From contig JBFYWS010000621.1 in assembly GCA_041310935.1 (NCBI GenBank), positions 1 to 60,469 on the forward strand: a stretch of 60,469 nucleotides of DNA, given 5' to 3'. The notes under the pieces are model-generated. The model worked only from the letters and a program-made list of their open reading frames with translations, had not been told where the DNA came from and searched no databases. How positions within the stretch are numbered: position 1 is the first letter of the stretch; every line of letters begins with the position of its first letter. Positions 49,789-58,600 of this stretch are shown here, in pieces. Position numbers and translations under genes: made by a program. This DNA comes from Desulfobacteraceae bacterium (GTDB lineage: Bacteria > Desulfobacterota > Desulfobacteria > Desulfobacterales > SpSt-501).

Positions 49789-50040
49789 TCAAGATACGCC
49801 TCCTTCGTCGGCGCTCTTGAGCGCCGTGTTCGCAGGATCGCTCTCCGCGATGTCCTGCTTGTGGATTTCGCGCGCCCACCGCTGGGCCGCGCCGTTGAGC
49901 GCAATCAGCACTTCGGCGGCGGTTACGCCGTCGGGGCGTGCCACGGCGGAAGAGACGGCCTGCCCGATCTCCAGTTGGAGGCGGGAGATAACGCATTCGC
50001 GCTGGTGCATGTAGTCTGTGGTGACGTGCGGCATGGTCAA
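49789..50040 (-). CDS. Hypothetical protein (83 aa)
   Basis: ORF track; ATGA overlap with the downstream gene at 50037-50040. Confidence 0.45.
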   Translation of the reverse strand: MTMPHVTTDYMHQRECVISRLQLEIGQAVSSAVARPDGVTAAEVLIALNGAAQRWAREIHKQDIAESDPANTALKSADEGGVS

Positions 50041-50333
50041 TCCTCCTGCGAACCATGTGGTGGAGAGGTACGCGGCGAAGCGCCGCGCCCCTCACCACCG
50101 TTGTTGGCCCTTGCCTGGTCCCGGTCCACGTCGATCTGTCGTTCCGGCTTCCAACGGTCGCCGCCGGAACACCGGCCACACATCTCGGATGCCCATTGCC
50201 ACCGGCAGTTCAGGCAATTGTGCGACTCGCCGGGGCCAACCAAGGATCGGAGGCGACGGCATACCACGCGCTCGGCCGTCTCGACATGCAGACGCTTCAA
50301 CTCCGCTTTGAGGTTTTCGGTTTTGCTATCCAT
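50037..50333 (-). CDS. Cys-rich hypothetical protein (98 aa)
   Basis: ATG at 50333 after GAGG; CLNC...CGRC. Confidence 0.45.
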   Translation of the reverse strand: MDSKTENLKAELKRLHVETAERVVCRRLRSLVGPGESHNCLNCRWQWASEMCGRCSGGDRWKPERQIDVDRDQARANNGGEGRGASPRTSPPHGSQED

Positions 50334-50359
50334 GCCGCGCCTCAATCCCATTGTTCGCG

Positions 50360-50692
50360 CTACTCACGCTTGAAGTCCTCCGACGGGCAGAACCAGTCAT
50401 CCTTGACGATATGCCCGATGGCGTGGACTCCGCTATGCTCCGCCTTAGCTCGGATCGTCTTCCCCTTGAGGTCGTCCCACCGCGACACGCCAGCGATCTC
50501 CATCACGCGCCAGATGAAGTGGCCGGCCACGCTCTTGAGTTCGTGATGTGTGGACGACTTGGGCAGGTACAGGGCGTAGCCTCCGAATCCCTGGCCAGTG
50601 CCGCCGTAGTCTAGGGTAAGCCACGCCGACAGGCATCCGTGATCGTCGCTCGTGATGCGGGCCGATGCGATGATTGCGTTTCTCGTTTCCAT
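50360..50692 (-). CDS. Hypothetical protein (110 aa)
   Basis: ATG at 50692 after CAGGAGGAAGAC. Confidence 0.55.
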   Translation of the reverse strand: METRNAIIASARITSDDHGCLSAWLTLDYGGTGQGFGGYALYLPKSSTHHELKSVAGHFIWRVMEIAGVSRWDDLKGKTIRAKAEHSGVHAIGHIVKDDWFCPSEDFKRE

Positions 50693-50732
50693 GTCTTCCT
50701 CCTGATTCGGAGCGCCAACAAGGCGCTCCAGG

Positions 50733-51212
50733 TTATCTCGCTTCGCTCGAAACCTGAGCTTTGGTGTTGGGGCACTCTGCAAACGCGGCTTCCGGAGTCG
50801 CGTAGAACTCGACTTGCGGCAACCAATGAAACAGGTTCTCCCGATGGCCGACCACCAACACGCGCTTGCCCAGAGCCAGCGCGATTCCGTACTCGACGTG
50901 TCGCCCGCCCCTATTCGCGTTGCTCCGGGGCGGCTCGGTGAACGAGATCACGGCGTCAGCCCCGGTCACGTCCTCAAAGTCGTCTTGCGCAAACTTGGCG
51001 CGAAGCGCCGCGTTGCACACCTGTGTCGAGCCGTCGTCAACGCCTTCCACCAGCGCCTCTCCGTGGTCGCCAATCGGCTTCCCGGTGTCGGAAATCTGGT
51101 GTTTCCCGTCGAGCCAGCGGGATTGAACGTCGTGCCCCACCGCTCGCAGTTGTTCCCGGTACCGGCAAAGCTCCTCGCGCCGGCTGTAGCGTGCCGCCAG
51201 ATAAATCCTCAT
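50733..51212 (-). CDS. Nucleoside 2-deoxyribosyltransferase-like protein
   Basis: [14 protein letters not shown]... and [22 protein letters not shown] fit the N-terminal YLAG and GtxxExGxAxAlgKP pattern of the superfamily. Confidence 0.4.
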   Translation of the reverse strand: MRIYLAARYSRREELCRYREQLRAVGHDVQSRWLDGKHQISDTGKPIGDHGEALVEGVDDGSTQVCNAALRAKFAQDDFEDVTGADAVISFTEPPRSNANRGGRHVEYGIALALGKRVLVVGHRENLFHWLPQVEFYATPEAAFAECPNTKAQVSSEAR

Positions 51213-51511
51213 GTCTCTGCGTTCTCCTTTCGCGCCGCAACATCCGGCTGGAGGCTACGGCTACGCCGCGCCTCAGCCGGGGCGTTGGCCTTCATCTTCA
51301 CCGTCCCGATATGCGTCACGACCTTCTGGAGGTTCTTGTCCTGATCGTAGACGTGTTCAGAAAAGCAGTGCGGACACACCGGGTTTACCCTGTCCGGCTT
51401 TCCGTCCTCGCTGATGATGTGGATCGTAACGTCGTTCTTGTCGCACAGCCGACACTGCTTCATGTCCTCGGACTTACGTGCCGCCGAATCGTAATAGTCT
51501 TTCGCTGTCAT
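51209..51511 (-). CDS. Zinc-binding small protein (100 aa)
   Basis: ATG at 51511 after GGAAGGGGAAC; CRLC...CPHC. Confidence 0.5.
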   Translation of the reverse strand: MTAKDYYDSAARKSEDMKQCRLCDKNDVTIHIISEDGKPDRVNPVCPHCFSEHVYDQDKNLQKVVTHIGTVKMKANAPAEARRSRSLQPDVAARKENAET

Positions 51512-51522
51512 GTTCCCCTTCC

Positions 51523-51580
51523 GCACTGGCTGACCAAAAAAGGCCAACCAGTGCATTCACGGTACGGCTTCGCCGCCCGT
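51523..51580 (-). repeat. Gene-junction element: a conserved 22-mer (encoding TGGEAVP plus stop), then a 13-bp-stem hairpin just upstream of the next RBS
   Basis: Minus strand: ACGGGCGGCGAAGCCGTACCGT GAAT GCACTGGTTGGCC TTTTTT GGTCAGCCAGTGC GGAAGGGGAAC ATG. The 22-mer recurs at 48912-48933 and, diverged, at 52358-52379. The hairpin recurs at 35581-35611. Confidence 0.7.
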
Positions 51581-52066
51581 GATGCTGTTGTTGGCCTGAT
51601 TCAGTTCCGCGCACAATGCGACTGCGGATTGCCTGTCGGCGTCGGCGATCTCCCATCCAGCCGGACGCCGCTGTCCGCACGTCGGACACGTATCGTTTTG
51701 CGGAGTTCCGTGCCAGTATCGGACGACTCCGGTTGTGTCGGGATGCAGGCCCGGATATTCCGGGTCGGTCTGCTCTCGGTCTCGCACGGCGATGCAACCG
51801 CCGCGCTCGTCAACGAAGTATCTGTCCATGTTTCCTTTCCGCACCGGCTGACCAATACGAAGCACCTCGCGGCAGAACACGAGTAGTTCAGCAGGCCCGA
51901 AGGACAACTGCTCGTCGCCGAAGCCTTTGCCATTCTCCGCCGCGTCATACACGGTCAGCCACACGTCGTTGACCGCCGTGCATTTGTTGATCCCCATCCT
52001 TCCGATCCGCAACCCATCGAGATTGCGAACCAGAAGGTCCAGGTTATCTCCATTCGCTCCGCTCAT
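51557..52066 (-). CDS. Hypothetical protein (169 aa) carrying an internal copy of the junction motif (GQPVRKGNM)
   Basis: ATG at 52066 in an ATGA overlap. C-terminal half has CPTCG and ends in TGGEAVP. It may instead be two genes, with a second start at 51829. Confidence 0.4.
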   Translation of the reverse strand: MSGANGDNLDLLVRNLDGLRIGRMGINKCTAVNDVWLTVYDAAENGKGFGDEQLSFGPAELLVFCREVLRIGQPVRKGNMDRYFVDERGGCIAVRDREQTDPEYPGLHPDTTGVVRYWHGTPQNDTCPTCGQRRPAGWEIADADRQSAVALCAELNQANNSITGGEAVP

Positions 52067-52359
52067 TCCGAAACCTGACCTTTCTCGTTCGCATCGTAGA
52101 GCCAAAACAGCTTGGCCCCGTGCATTCGGTTCTTCATCTCGATTCGCTTACAGGTGTAGCCCGGTATCGGACGCGGCCACACCCGATGATAGGTCCTGTC
52201 CGACCAGCGGCAGGCGTGAATGTATAGGCTGTCCGGGTTGCTGTTGTCGGTCCACCACCAGTGAGAGGACAAACCGGCAATCGGGGCCGAGCCACACGTC
52301 GAGTTGCGCGGGTTGAACACGTCCCGGCGAAGAATGGAATTGCGAACCAGTGCGTTCAC
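52063..52359 (-). CDS. Hypothetical protein (98 aa)
   Basis: GTG at 52359, 6 nt after GGAGG; GTGA overlap with the upstream stop. Confidence 0.45.
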   Translation of the reverse strand: MNALVRNSILRRDVFNPRNSTCGSAPIAGLSSHWWWTDNSNPDSLYIHACRWSDRTYHRVWPRPIPGYTCKRIEMKNRMHGAKLFWLYDANEKGQVSE

Positions 52360-52625
52360 GGTACGCCTCCGGCGCCCGTGACGCCTTTGTCGGCGTGACG
52401 GCGGTTCCATAGTCGCACAGCAGCTTCCATGTCGCCCCATTCGGCGGCTACGTTAGAGGTGTCGTCGTCGGCCCCCTCGAATATCGGCCCGGTCATAAAG
52501 CAACCGCGACACCCGACCGCCGTAGCGTCAGGGTAGTACCACAGGTCGAGGCTCCCGCAAAACGGGCACGCCAACAATGGGGTGGACTCTATTGCCACCC
52601 CGCCATCCGCTTCTGGTTTACTCAT
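52356..52625 (-). CDS. Lar-family restriction-alleviation-like protein
   Basis: ATG at 52625 after CAGGAG; LLACPFCGSLDLWYYPDATAVGCRGC...MEAAVRLWNRRH. Confidence 0.55.
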   Translation of the reverse strand: MSKPEADGGVAIESTPLLACPFCGSLDLWYYPDATAVGCRGCFMTGPIFEGADDDTSNVAAEWGDMEAAVRLWNRRHADKGVTGAGGVP

Positions 52626-52854
52626 GGGTTTTCTCCTGGGGTGGCACAGAGTCACCCCTTGCGTTGGCAATATGGCGCTTCATCACCCGTTCAACGGACA
52701 CCCAATCCTCCGGCGAGAACTCTCCGTAGTCGTTGTGCGGATTGGATTCCGCGCAGATCGTTTTCCACCGGGCGAAGACCTGATCCCGCGTCTCGTTCGG
52801 AAACGCTTTGCACAGGTCCGACCAGCACTTTTCAAGGCACGGCGTATCGTTCAT
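52618..52854 (-). CDS. Hypothetical protein (78 aa)
   Basis: ORF track. Confidence 0.45.
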   Translation of the reverse strand: MNDTPCLEKCWSDLCKAFPNETRDQVFARWKTICAESNPHNDYGEFSPEDWVSVERVMKRHIANARGDSVPPQEKTHE

Positions 52855-53126
52855 TGTCCACCTCCAGAATTGCCAACAACCCCTCCGAGCGTATCTCCGC
52901 TCCGCTCCGAACGCTCAAGGGGAGCGTTGGCGGTATGGCCCAGGCTGGCTTTGATCGCCCGCCACAGGTCACGCGCCGTCATGTGAAACGGGTTTGTTTG
53001 CTCGGTGTCGTCAGAGTCCTGAACCATCTCCAACACGGCATCGAGGTGCTTGAATCGGTCATAGGCCGCCAACAACGGCTCGACCCGTACAGGAGGAAGC
53101 GCGGCGTCAGCGTCAAAGTAGTTCAT
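52851..53126 (-). CDS. Hypothetical protein (91 aa)
   Basis: ORF track; overlapping start/stop with neighbours. Confidence 0.45.
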   Translation of the reverse strand: MNYFDADAALPPVRVEPLLAAYDRFKHLDAVLEMVQDSDDTEQTNPFHMTARDLWRAIKASLGHTANAPLERSERSGDTLGGVVGNSGGGQ

Positions 53127-53797
53127 TGGGCACCGTCCAACATCCCCTCAGCCTTCATCCATCCGTACACAGAGAATAGCGCCTTGAACAGGCCAATGCA
53201 GCGCCACGGCTTGAGGGTATCCATTCGGTAGGTGCCGTCCTCGTGTAGTTCTATGGACAGGCACTTCTTCACCTTGAGCTGGTGCTGTTCGCAAAGGAGC
53301 GCGTAACCCCCAAGTTGCGGAACGACGCTCAGGTCCGCAGCGCCACTCTTGTAGTCAACAAGGCTGCCTTCATGTGTCAGCAGGTCCAGCGTTCCGGCGT
53401 AACCCATCACGGGATGCGCCTGCATGTGTTCGATCAACACCGGGGTCTCGGCCAGGTGCCACAGAGCATCCTGCCCCGCCTTCACAAAGCCACGTATCCG
53501 CTCGTCCAGCGTGGCGGGATCAATGAGGGAACCCCTGGCTACGAACGCCATGCAACGGTGGATCATCTTGCCGCGATCAAGATACCAATCGTCCACGCTC
53601 CACCGCGCCGCAACGACAGCTCTCACGATCTGCGTCACCGAGGGGTAGATGGTGTCCCCGTCGCGGTATGTGTGCGTTGTCTCGTCGAGGGTCAGCATGG
53701 CATCAGCCTCACACGAAGCGCCGTCCGGGGAAGGGGTGGCTTTGCCACACGCCCCGGCCTCGTTTCCGAGTAATTCACCAGTTTCCGGCGCTTCCAT
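53123..53797 (-). CDS. PD-(D/E)XK (YqaJ/Cas4-like) recombination exonuclease
   Basis: THTY...YPSVTQIV N-terminal motif and GYAGTLDLL...GSLVDYKSG...QLGGYALL core (D...D/ExK). An alternative start lies at 53698. Confidence 0.6.
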   Translation of the reverse strand: MEAPETGELLGNEAGACGKATPSPDGASCEADAMLTLDETTHTYRDGDTIYPSVTQIVRAVVAARWSVDDWYLDRGKMIHRCMAFVARGSLIDPATLDERIRGFVKAGQDALWHLAETPVLIEHMQAHPVMGYAGTLDLLTHEGSLVDYKSGAADLSVVPQLGGYALLCEQHQLKVKKCLSIELHEDGTYRMDTLKPWRCIGLFKALFSVYGWMKAEGMLDGAQ

Positions 53798-53813
53798 CGT
53801 CAGCGTCCCTCTC

Positions 53814-54056
53814 TTACCCCAAGGTCACGGTCGGCGCGACCGGCTTCGGCGGCTTGGCCCTGACGGGGATCATCAGAGACAGGAACACCGCCTTGCCTTC
53901 CAGCACGAACTTCTTGGCCGCCTCCAGCGCGTCCGGCCTCGTCTTGAGTCCGGCAACGAGCATCGTGTAGTGCTCGGCATCCACAGCCTCGACGACTTCC
54001 CACTGCCCCTTCCTCTGAGGGGCCTTCCGCTGCTTCTCTTCTTTCTTCTCCGGCAT
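53814..54056 (-). CDS. Hypothetical protein (80 aa)
   Basis: ORF track. Confidence 0.45.
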   Translation of the reverse strand: MPEKKEEKQRKAPQRKGQWEVVEAVDAEHYTMLVAGLKTRPDALEAAKKFVLEGKAVFLSLMIPVRAKPPKPVAPTVTLG

Positions 54057-54075
54057 CGCACTGCCCTCCTTCTTG

Positions 54076-54588
54076 TTACTGCCCCGTATTCCGCTCGATC
54101 CATGTTCCCTCTCTGTAGAAGGTCATGCCGTGTTGTGCGTTTGTGGTCACGATCTGCCGCAGAATGTCGAAGAGCGGGCGAGCAGGACGGCCCTCGTATG
54201 CAAATGGTTCCCAGGGGTCGTCTGATTTTGACAGCGTGATCCTCGGCCTATGCGCCCCGACCGTTATTCGCTCGACCGTCGCCACGTGGACGACCTCGTT
54301 CGTGAAATGCCAGAGCGGACAGAGTCGCCTCTTCTCATTGCGATACGTAGCCGCCCGACACTTGCAGTTCTGGACGTGGTACATTTGCTGATTGTCAGCA
54401 ATCCACATTGCTGGACACTCCGGGTCTCGGTACGCCGGCTCAACCTCGATCTGCACATCGCATTCCGTCCAGTTCGTGCAGCCCGCCTGCTCGCATGTGA
54501 TCCCGACTTGGTTCGTCTCGTAGATCGGCGTTGTCTCCGCCGCCATAACAACCAGCACCGCTCCGACAAGGTTTGTCAATGGTTCCAT
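54076..54588 (-). CDS. Cys-rich protein with an N-terminal hydrophobic segment (170 aa)
   Basis: GAAGGAGCAAGCAG-ATG; MEPLTNLVGAVLVVMAA. Confidence 0.5.
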   Translation of the reverse strand: MEPLTNLVGAVLVVMAAETTPIYETNQVGITCEQAGCTNWTECDVQIEVEPAYRDPECPAMWIADNQQMYHVQNCKCRAATYRNEKRRLCPLWHFTNEVVHVATVERITVGAHRPRITLSKSDDPWEPFAYEGRPARPLFDILRQIVTTNAQHGMTFYREGTWIERNTGQ

Positions 54589-54861
54589 CTGCTTGCTCCT
54601 TCTCTACGTGTCTGTTTCACAATCAAAGGCAGCGGGGGACGCCGTGCGTCACGCACCGGGGACGGGCATTGTTCGCTATGGCGATCCCGCTGCCAAAAGT
54701 AACTCCCGATGATGCCCACGCCTTAGCCTCAAACGTAGTTGGGTTGCGAACCTCATCATCGGGGAAATGAGAAAAGGGGGCCGGTTCGGGCTTTTGCCCT
54801 GATGGCGAAACACCGGGCTTTTGTCCTGTGACCAGCCCCCACATGATAGCGTCCTTCCTCA

Positions 54862-55350
54862 CTACGGGCGCCGAGGTCTTTCCCCGTACTGCTGAGTTGC
54901 CAGCAAGTACTGGATGGCCTCGCGTCCGAGCGCGGTTACGGAACAGAGCCGAGCGTCGGCGAGGCGCTTCAAGCCCATGCGCATTTCCTTCGTCACAGTT
55001 ACGGTCAGTGGACGTCCCGCAAACTTCGCTATTCTTCCTATGCCTATCGAGCTTCGCGGGTCTCCGTATGCCTTGCCGGCATGATTGACATTGCCTATGG
55101 GGTTTAGGTGCGCAATGATAGACTTTTCGAGTCGCAACGCCTCCTGGCGAGACCGGCAGGACTTGAAATGCAGGGTGTATCCTTTGCGGGCTTGAGCACC
55201 TAATCTGGCAAGAAGCAAGCTCGAAGACCCCACATAAACGACTTGGCCGCTTTTATTCTGCGTCATGGCGTACACGCCGGGGGACATCAAAGCCTGCGGC
55301 ACTTCCTCCATGTCTGGAACAGAGACTGTGCATTTATTCATTTTAGGCAT
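54862..55350 (-). CDS. GIY-YIG nuclease domain fused to a C-terminal RHH-like domain
   Basis: GVYAMTQNKSGQVVYVGSSSLLLARL...EALRLEKSIIAHLNPIGN, then LTVTVTKEMRMGLKRLADARLCSVTALGREAIQYLL. Locally lower GC. Confidence 0.5.
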   Translation of the reverse strand: MPKMNKCTVSVPDMEEVPQALMSPGVYAMTQNKSGQVVYVGSSSLLLARLGAQARKGYTLHFKSCRSRQEALRLEKSIIAHLNPIGNVNHAGKAYGDPRSSIGIGRIAKFAGRPLTVTVTKEMRMGLKRLADARLCSVTALGREAIQYLLATQQYGERPRRP

Positions 55351-55360
55351 GGGTCCTTCC

Positions 55361-55528
55361 TTATGCGGACACTTTGAGTCCGCTCCGTTTCCATGCGGGC
55401 AAGGCAGACTCGATGGCTCTATTCACATAGAAACTGATCGGCAGGCGAGTGCGATCCGCAAGGGTCTTGATGGCCGCATAGAGAGTAGCATCCATCTTCA
55501 CCGACCGGCTGCGTGGTTCTCTTTTCAT
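55361..55528 (-). CDS. Ribbon-helix-helix (CopG/Arc-like) regulator, first gene after the early promoter
   Basis: ATG at 55528 (MKREPRSRSVKMDATLYAAIKTLADRTRLPISFYVNRAIESAL). The track start at 55546 is a GTG inside the promoter. Confidence 0.55.
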   Translation of the reverse strand: MKREPRSRSVKMDATLYAAIKTLADRTRLPISFYVNRAIESALPAWKRSGLKVSA

Positions 55529-55530
55529 GC

Positions 55531-55564
55531 GGTGACTATACGACACTCGCAGTCACCGCGTCAA
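55531..55564 (-). promoter_or_regulatory. Sigma70-like promoter (TTGACG, 18 nt, TATAGT) with an AT-rich UP-like tract and an overlapping 7-bp inverted repeat (operator candidate). The downstream ATG is effectively leaderless.
   Basis: Minus strand: TCAAAAAAACGAAAATTTGTACGCAAAGGAC TTGACG cGGTGACTgcgagtgtcg TATAGTCACC gc ATG. The inverted repeat is GGTGACT / AGTCACC (55551-55557 and 55531-55537). Confidence 0.6.
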
Positions 55565-55671
55565 GTCCTTTGCGTACAAATTTTCGTTTTTTTGACAGGA
55601 CACATGCGCGAAGGTGTAGAGCGAATAGCGCGGCTGGCACAGGGTGGGCGGTTCCGGCGTCAAGGCTTGGT

Positions 55672-58600
55672 CTACGGCCTTGGCCGCCAGTTCTCGTTGC
55701 GGCGCTTGAACTGCTGCCATGCCGTGCGCTGCTCAGGGGTGAGTTGTGCGCTGAACGAGACGCCAAACACGTTGCGCTGTTCGCGCTCGTCGTAGGCTCG
55801 GCCCGTTGTCGCTGACTTCGTGGCGACGAGGCCCTGCCGCTGGGCGTCCTCGTAAGTTGACTTGAAGGCTTCGTTGATGTCGTAGCCGCTCGCACCTGGG
55901 GGGATCGTGCTGACGGACCTCTCGATCATCTCCACCTTCGGAGTGAAGCCGCGGGCACGGCGAGGCTCGATCACGCCGGCAGTCGTCAGCCCCAACTCGC
56001 CAGCCTTCATTACCTGCCCTGCCGGCAACCCTGTGGACGCCGACAGCAAAATGTCCGCCGCACGGCTGGCCTGCTCGTATACACGCCGGGCGTCGACATC
56101 ATCCTTGTTCAGTTCGTTGGCCGCGCCCATTGTGCCTTCCCATGCCGCCCGCACCATGCCGGAGACTAGGGAGCGATCCTCAAACCGCCCACGTTCGGCC
56201 CATGTCGTTATCATTTCCAGCACTCGGCCCGCCACCGGGAAGATGCCCTGCACAAGTTCCGTAGCCCCGCGTATCGCCGTTCGGTTCTCCTTGATCCGGC
56301 GGGATACTTTGGCACTGAATGAACGCACGCGCTCGTCCTCTTCGCCCTCCGGTTCGTCGGGCTTTGCCTTCTTCTTCTTCGACAGAGCCTCCAGAACGGT
56401 TGAGAGAGTGACAAGCGAGGTCACTGTCGAGAGGATGGCGTTGAGCACCGAGGACCACAGATCGGCGGCTGCCGCTTTTGTCTCGCTGCGCACGTCGCCC
56501 TCACGGCCGCGCATGGCCCTGGCGAGGCGCATGGCGGCAAAGCGCAGCCGTGCCGCGAGGATGGTCTGCTGGCCCATCACCGGGAACACCGTCCGAAGCC
56601 ACAGACTTTGTTTCATGCCGGCATACTCAACAGTCGCTTCGCCCTCGGTCGAGGGGTTCTGAGTGTCGGCTATCCCGTCAGCCACGATGGCCGTTGCCTC
56701 CCGCTTCGACAGCCCGGCATCCCGCAGCATGACGTAGAGGATCGCGCTGTTGTCGCGCTCGCCCCGGATAGCCGACTGCTGCATGAGCCACTCCGCAGTC
56801 TGGGTTGTGGTCGTCCTGAGCCGCGCCAGGGCCAAGGTGATCTCATGCTTCGTCTTGCCCGATGAGCGTACAAGCGGCAGGTTCGTCTGCGTCTCGATAG
56901 CCTCCAAGTCCCAGCGCCGGAAGAAGTAACCGTCCTCCATCAGATCGGCAAGCGCCTGGGCGTACTTCGTAGACTGGAGGTTGACGGGCAGGAGGCTACG
57001 GGCTGCAAACTTCGCAGCATACTGAGGATGGTTTCGTACCAGCCACGCCCACACGCTCGAACCGCCACCGAACTTGTTGAGAGCGTACTGCCGCAGCGGG
57101 TTGCCGGCCACGCGGGACATGATGTAACTCGACGCCATCTTGGAGATCGTGCTTTCCTCGGGGACCGTCTTCTGTGACCGCTCCAAGCCAGCGAGGCCCT
57201 GAACCCTCTGCTTCATTTCGGCCACGGGGCGCGTACCGTACTTCCGGGCCACAGCATCGGAGAAATCGGTGTTCTGGGCCATGGCGATCCAGTCGCGCTG
57301 AAGCTCGGCCATCTTCGCAAACCGCCCCATGCGCTCAACGTGATCCATGAACGTCTGGTAGGCGTCCTGAGCGACGACGGGATTGCCGTGCTCCGTCACA
57401 GGTTTCAGTTCCCCTATCTGATCGAGCATGGCCGCCCTGACGCCCATCGCGCCGCCTGTCACGTCCATCACGTCCACCAGCGGCTTGTTCTTGCGGAATA
57501 CCGAAACGTGCCAGTAGTTCGGGCGGTCAGCCACGTCGCGGCCAAAGACTTCCCGCGCCATGTGGTTGATGTCCGGCACCAGTTCATGTACTTGGTCACG
57601 CATGAACCGCCCGAAAGCCTGGTCCTCTGGGGAGAGTTGCGAGAACAGCGTCCGGTACATAGCGGCGGTATTGTCGCGGAGTTCCTCAGAATCGCCTTCC
57701 CCTTTGGGCGTGTAGGCTCGGCGGTCGTCGTAGTTATAGAAGCCACCTTGCCCCTTCAGCATGACCTCCGCGCCGTGCGGGTCCTGATACTGGAGCCAGA
57801 GTCCAAGCAGTTGCATGTCCGTCAGCCATACCTGGCGGCCATCTCCCAAGTCCCGCGGCTTGCGGAGCCGCTGTTTCTCCAGCATATCGAAACTGTGCTG
57901 CTTGATGTAGTTGCGGACGGCCGCTATGCGCGGTACAGCCAAGGTTTCCCCGTCCCGACTCGCCTGGTTCACCTTCCGCGTAAGGTCGGCCAGCACGGAG
58001 TTGCGGCTACCACCTATCTTTTCGGCCAGTTGCGGAAGGGTCATCGCCCGGTCTACCAGGTGACGCTTCAGAAGCCCGCGCTCGGTATGCGCCCCATCGA
58101 GTTCCTCAACCGGCGAGTTCTGCACCTGCTCTGCGGCCAACTGCCCCAAGCCGGAACGCCTTACCTTCTGGCCGTATTCCAGCATCTTCTTCATCCGGCC
58201 GCTTTCATGCAGCACGGCCAGGAAGTCATTGTAGAGGTCGAGGATTTCCGATGCGCTCATATTGCGGATGTCGGGCAGGGTGATCCCATTCCGCACGGTG
58301 GCCTTGGTAGCCGGCAGGGAGTCCCTGACAGCCGCAAAGGCCGCCTGGAAGTTGTTGCCGTGGTTGTCCTGGTAGAGCGCCTTTACCCGCTTCTCTGGCA
58401 GCGCGTAGAGGCGCTGGAGCCGCTTGCCGATGTATGTCCTCACCTGCTGCTGCGCCCGCTCCCTGATAGCGTCCAGCGTGGCATGGGTGTCTCCGCGAAG
58501 AAACCGGGCGACGGCCCTGCGACGGGTTTCCCCGAACATGCCATTGAGCTGCTCACGGATGAAGTCAGGCCGGTCCGCTTCGGGCAGGGCCGCAGCAGCC

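Noticed and set aside
54623-54862. 79-aa minus ORF between the GIY-YIG gene and 54076..54588
   Set aside because: It has a GTG start with no RBS, Pro/Gly-rich composition and an embedded imperfect palindrome (about 54640-54660). It may simply be an intergenic region, and the evidence is insufficient either way.
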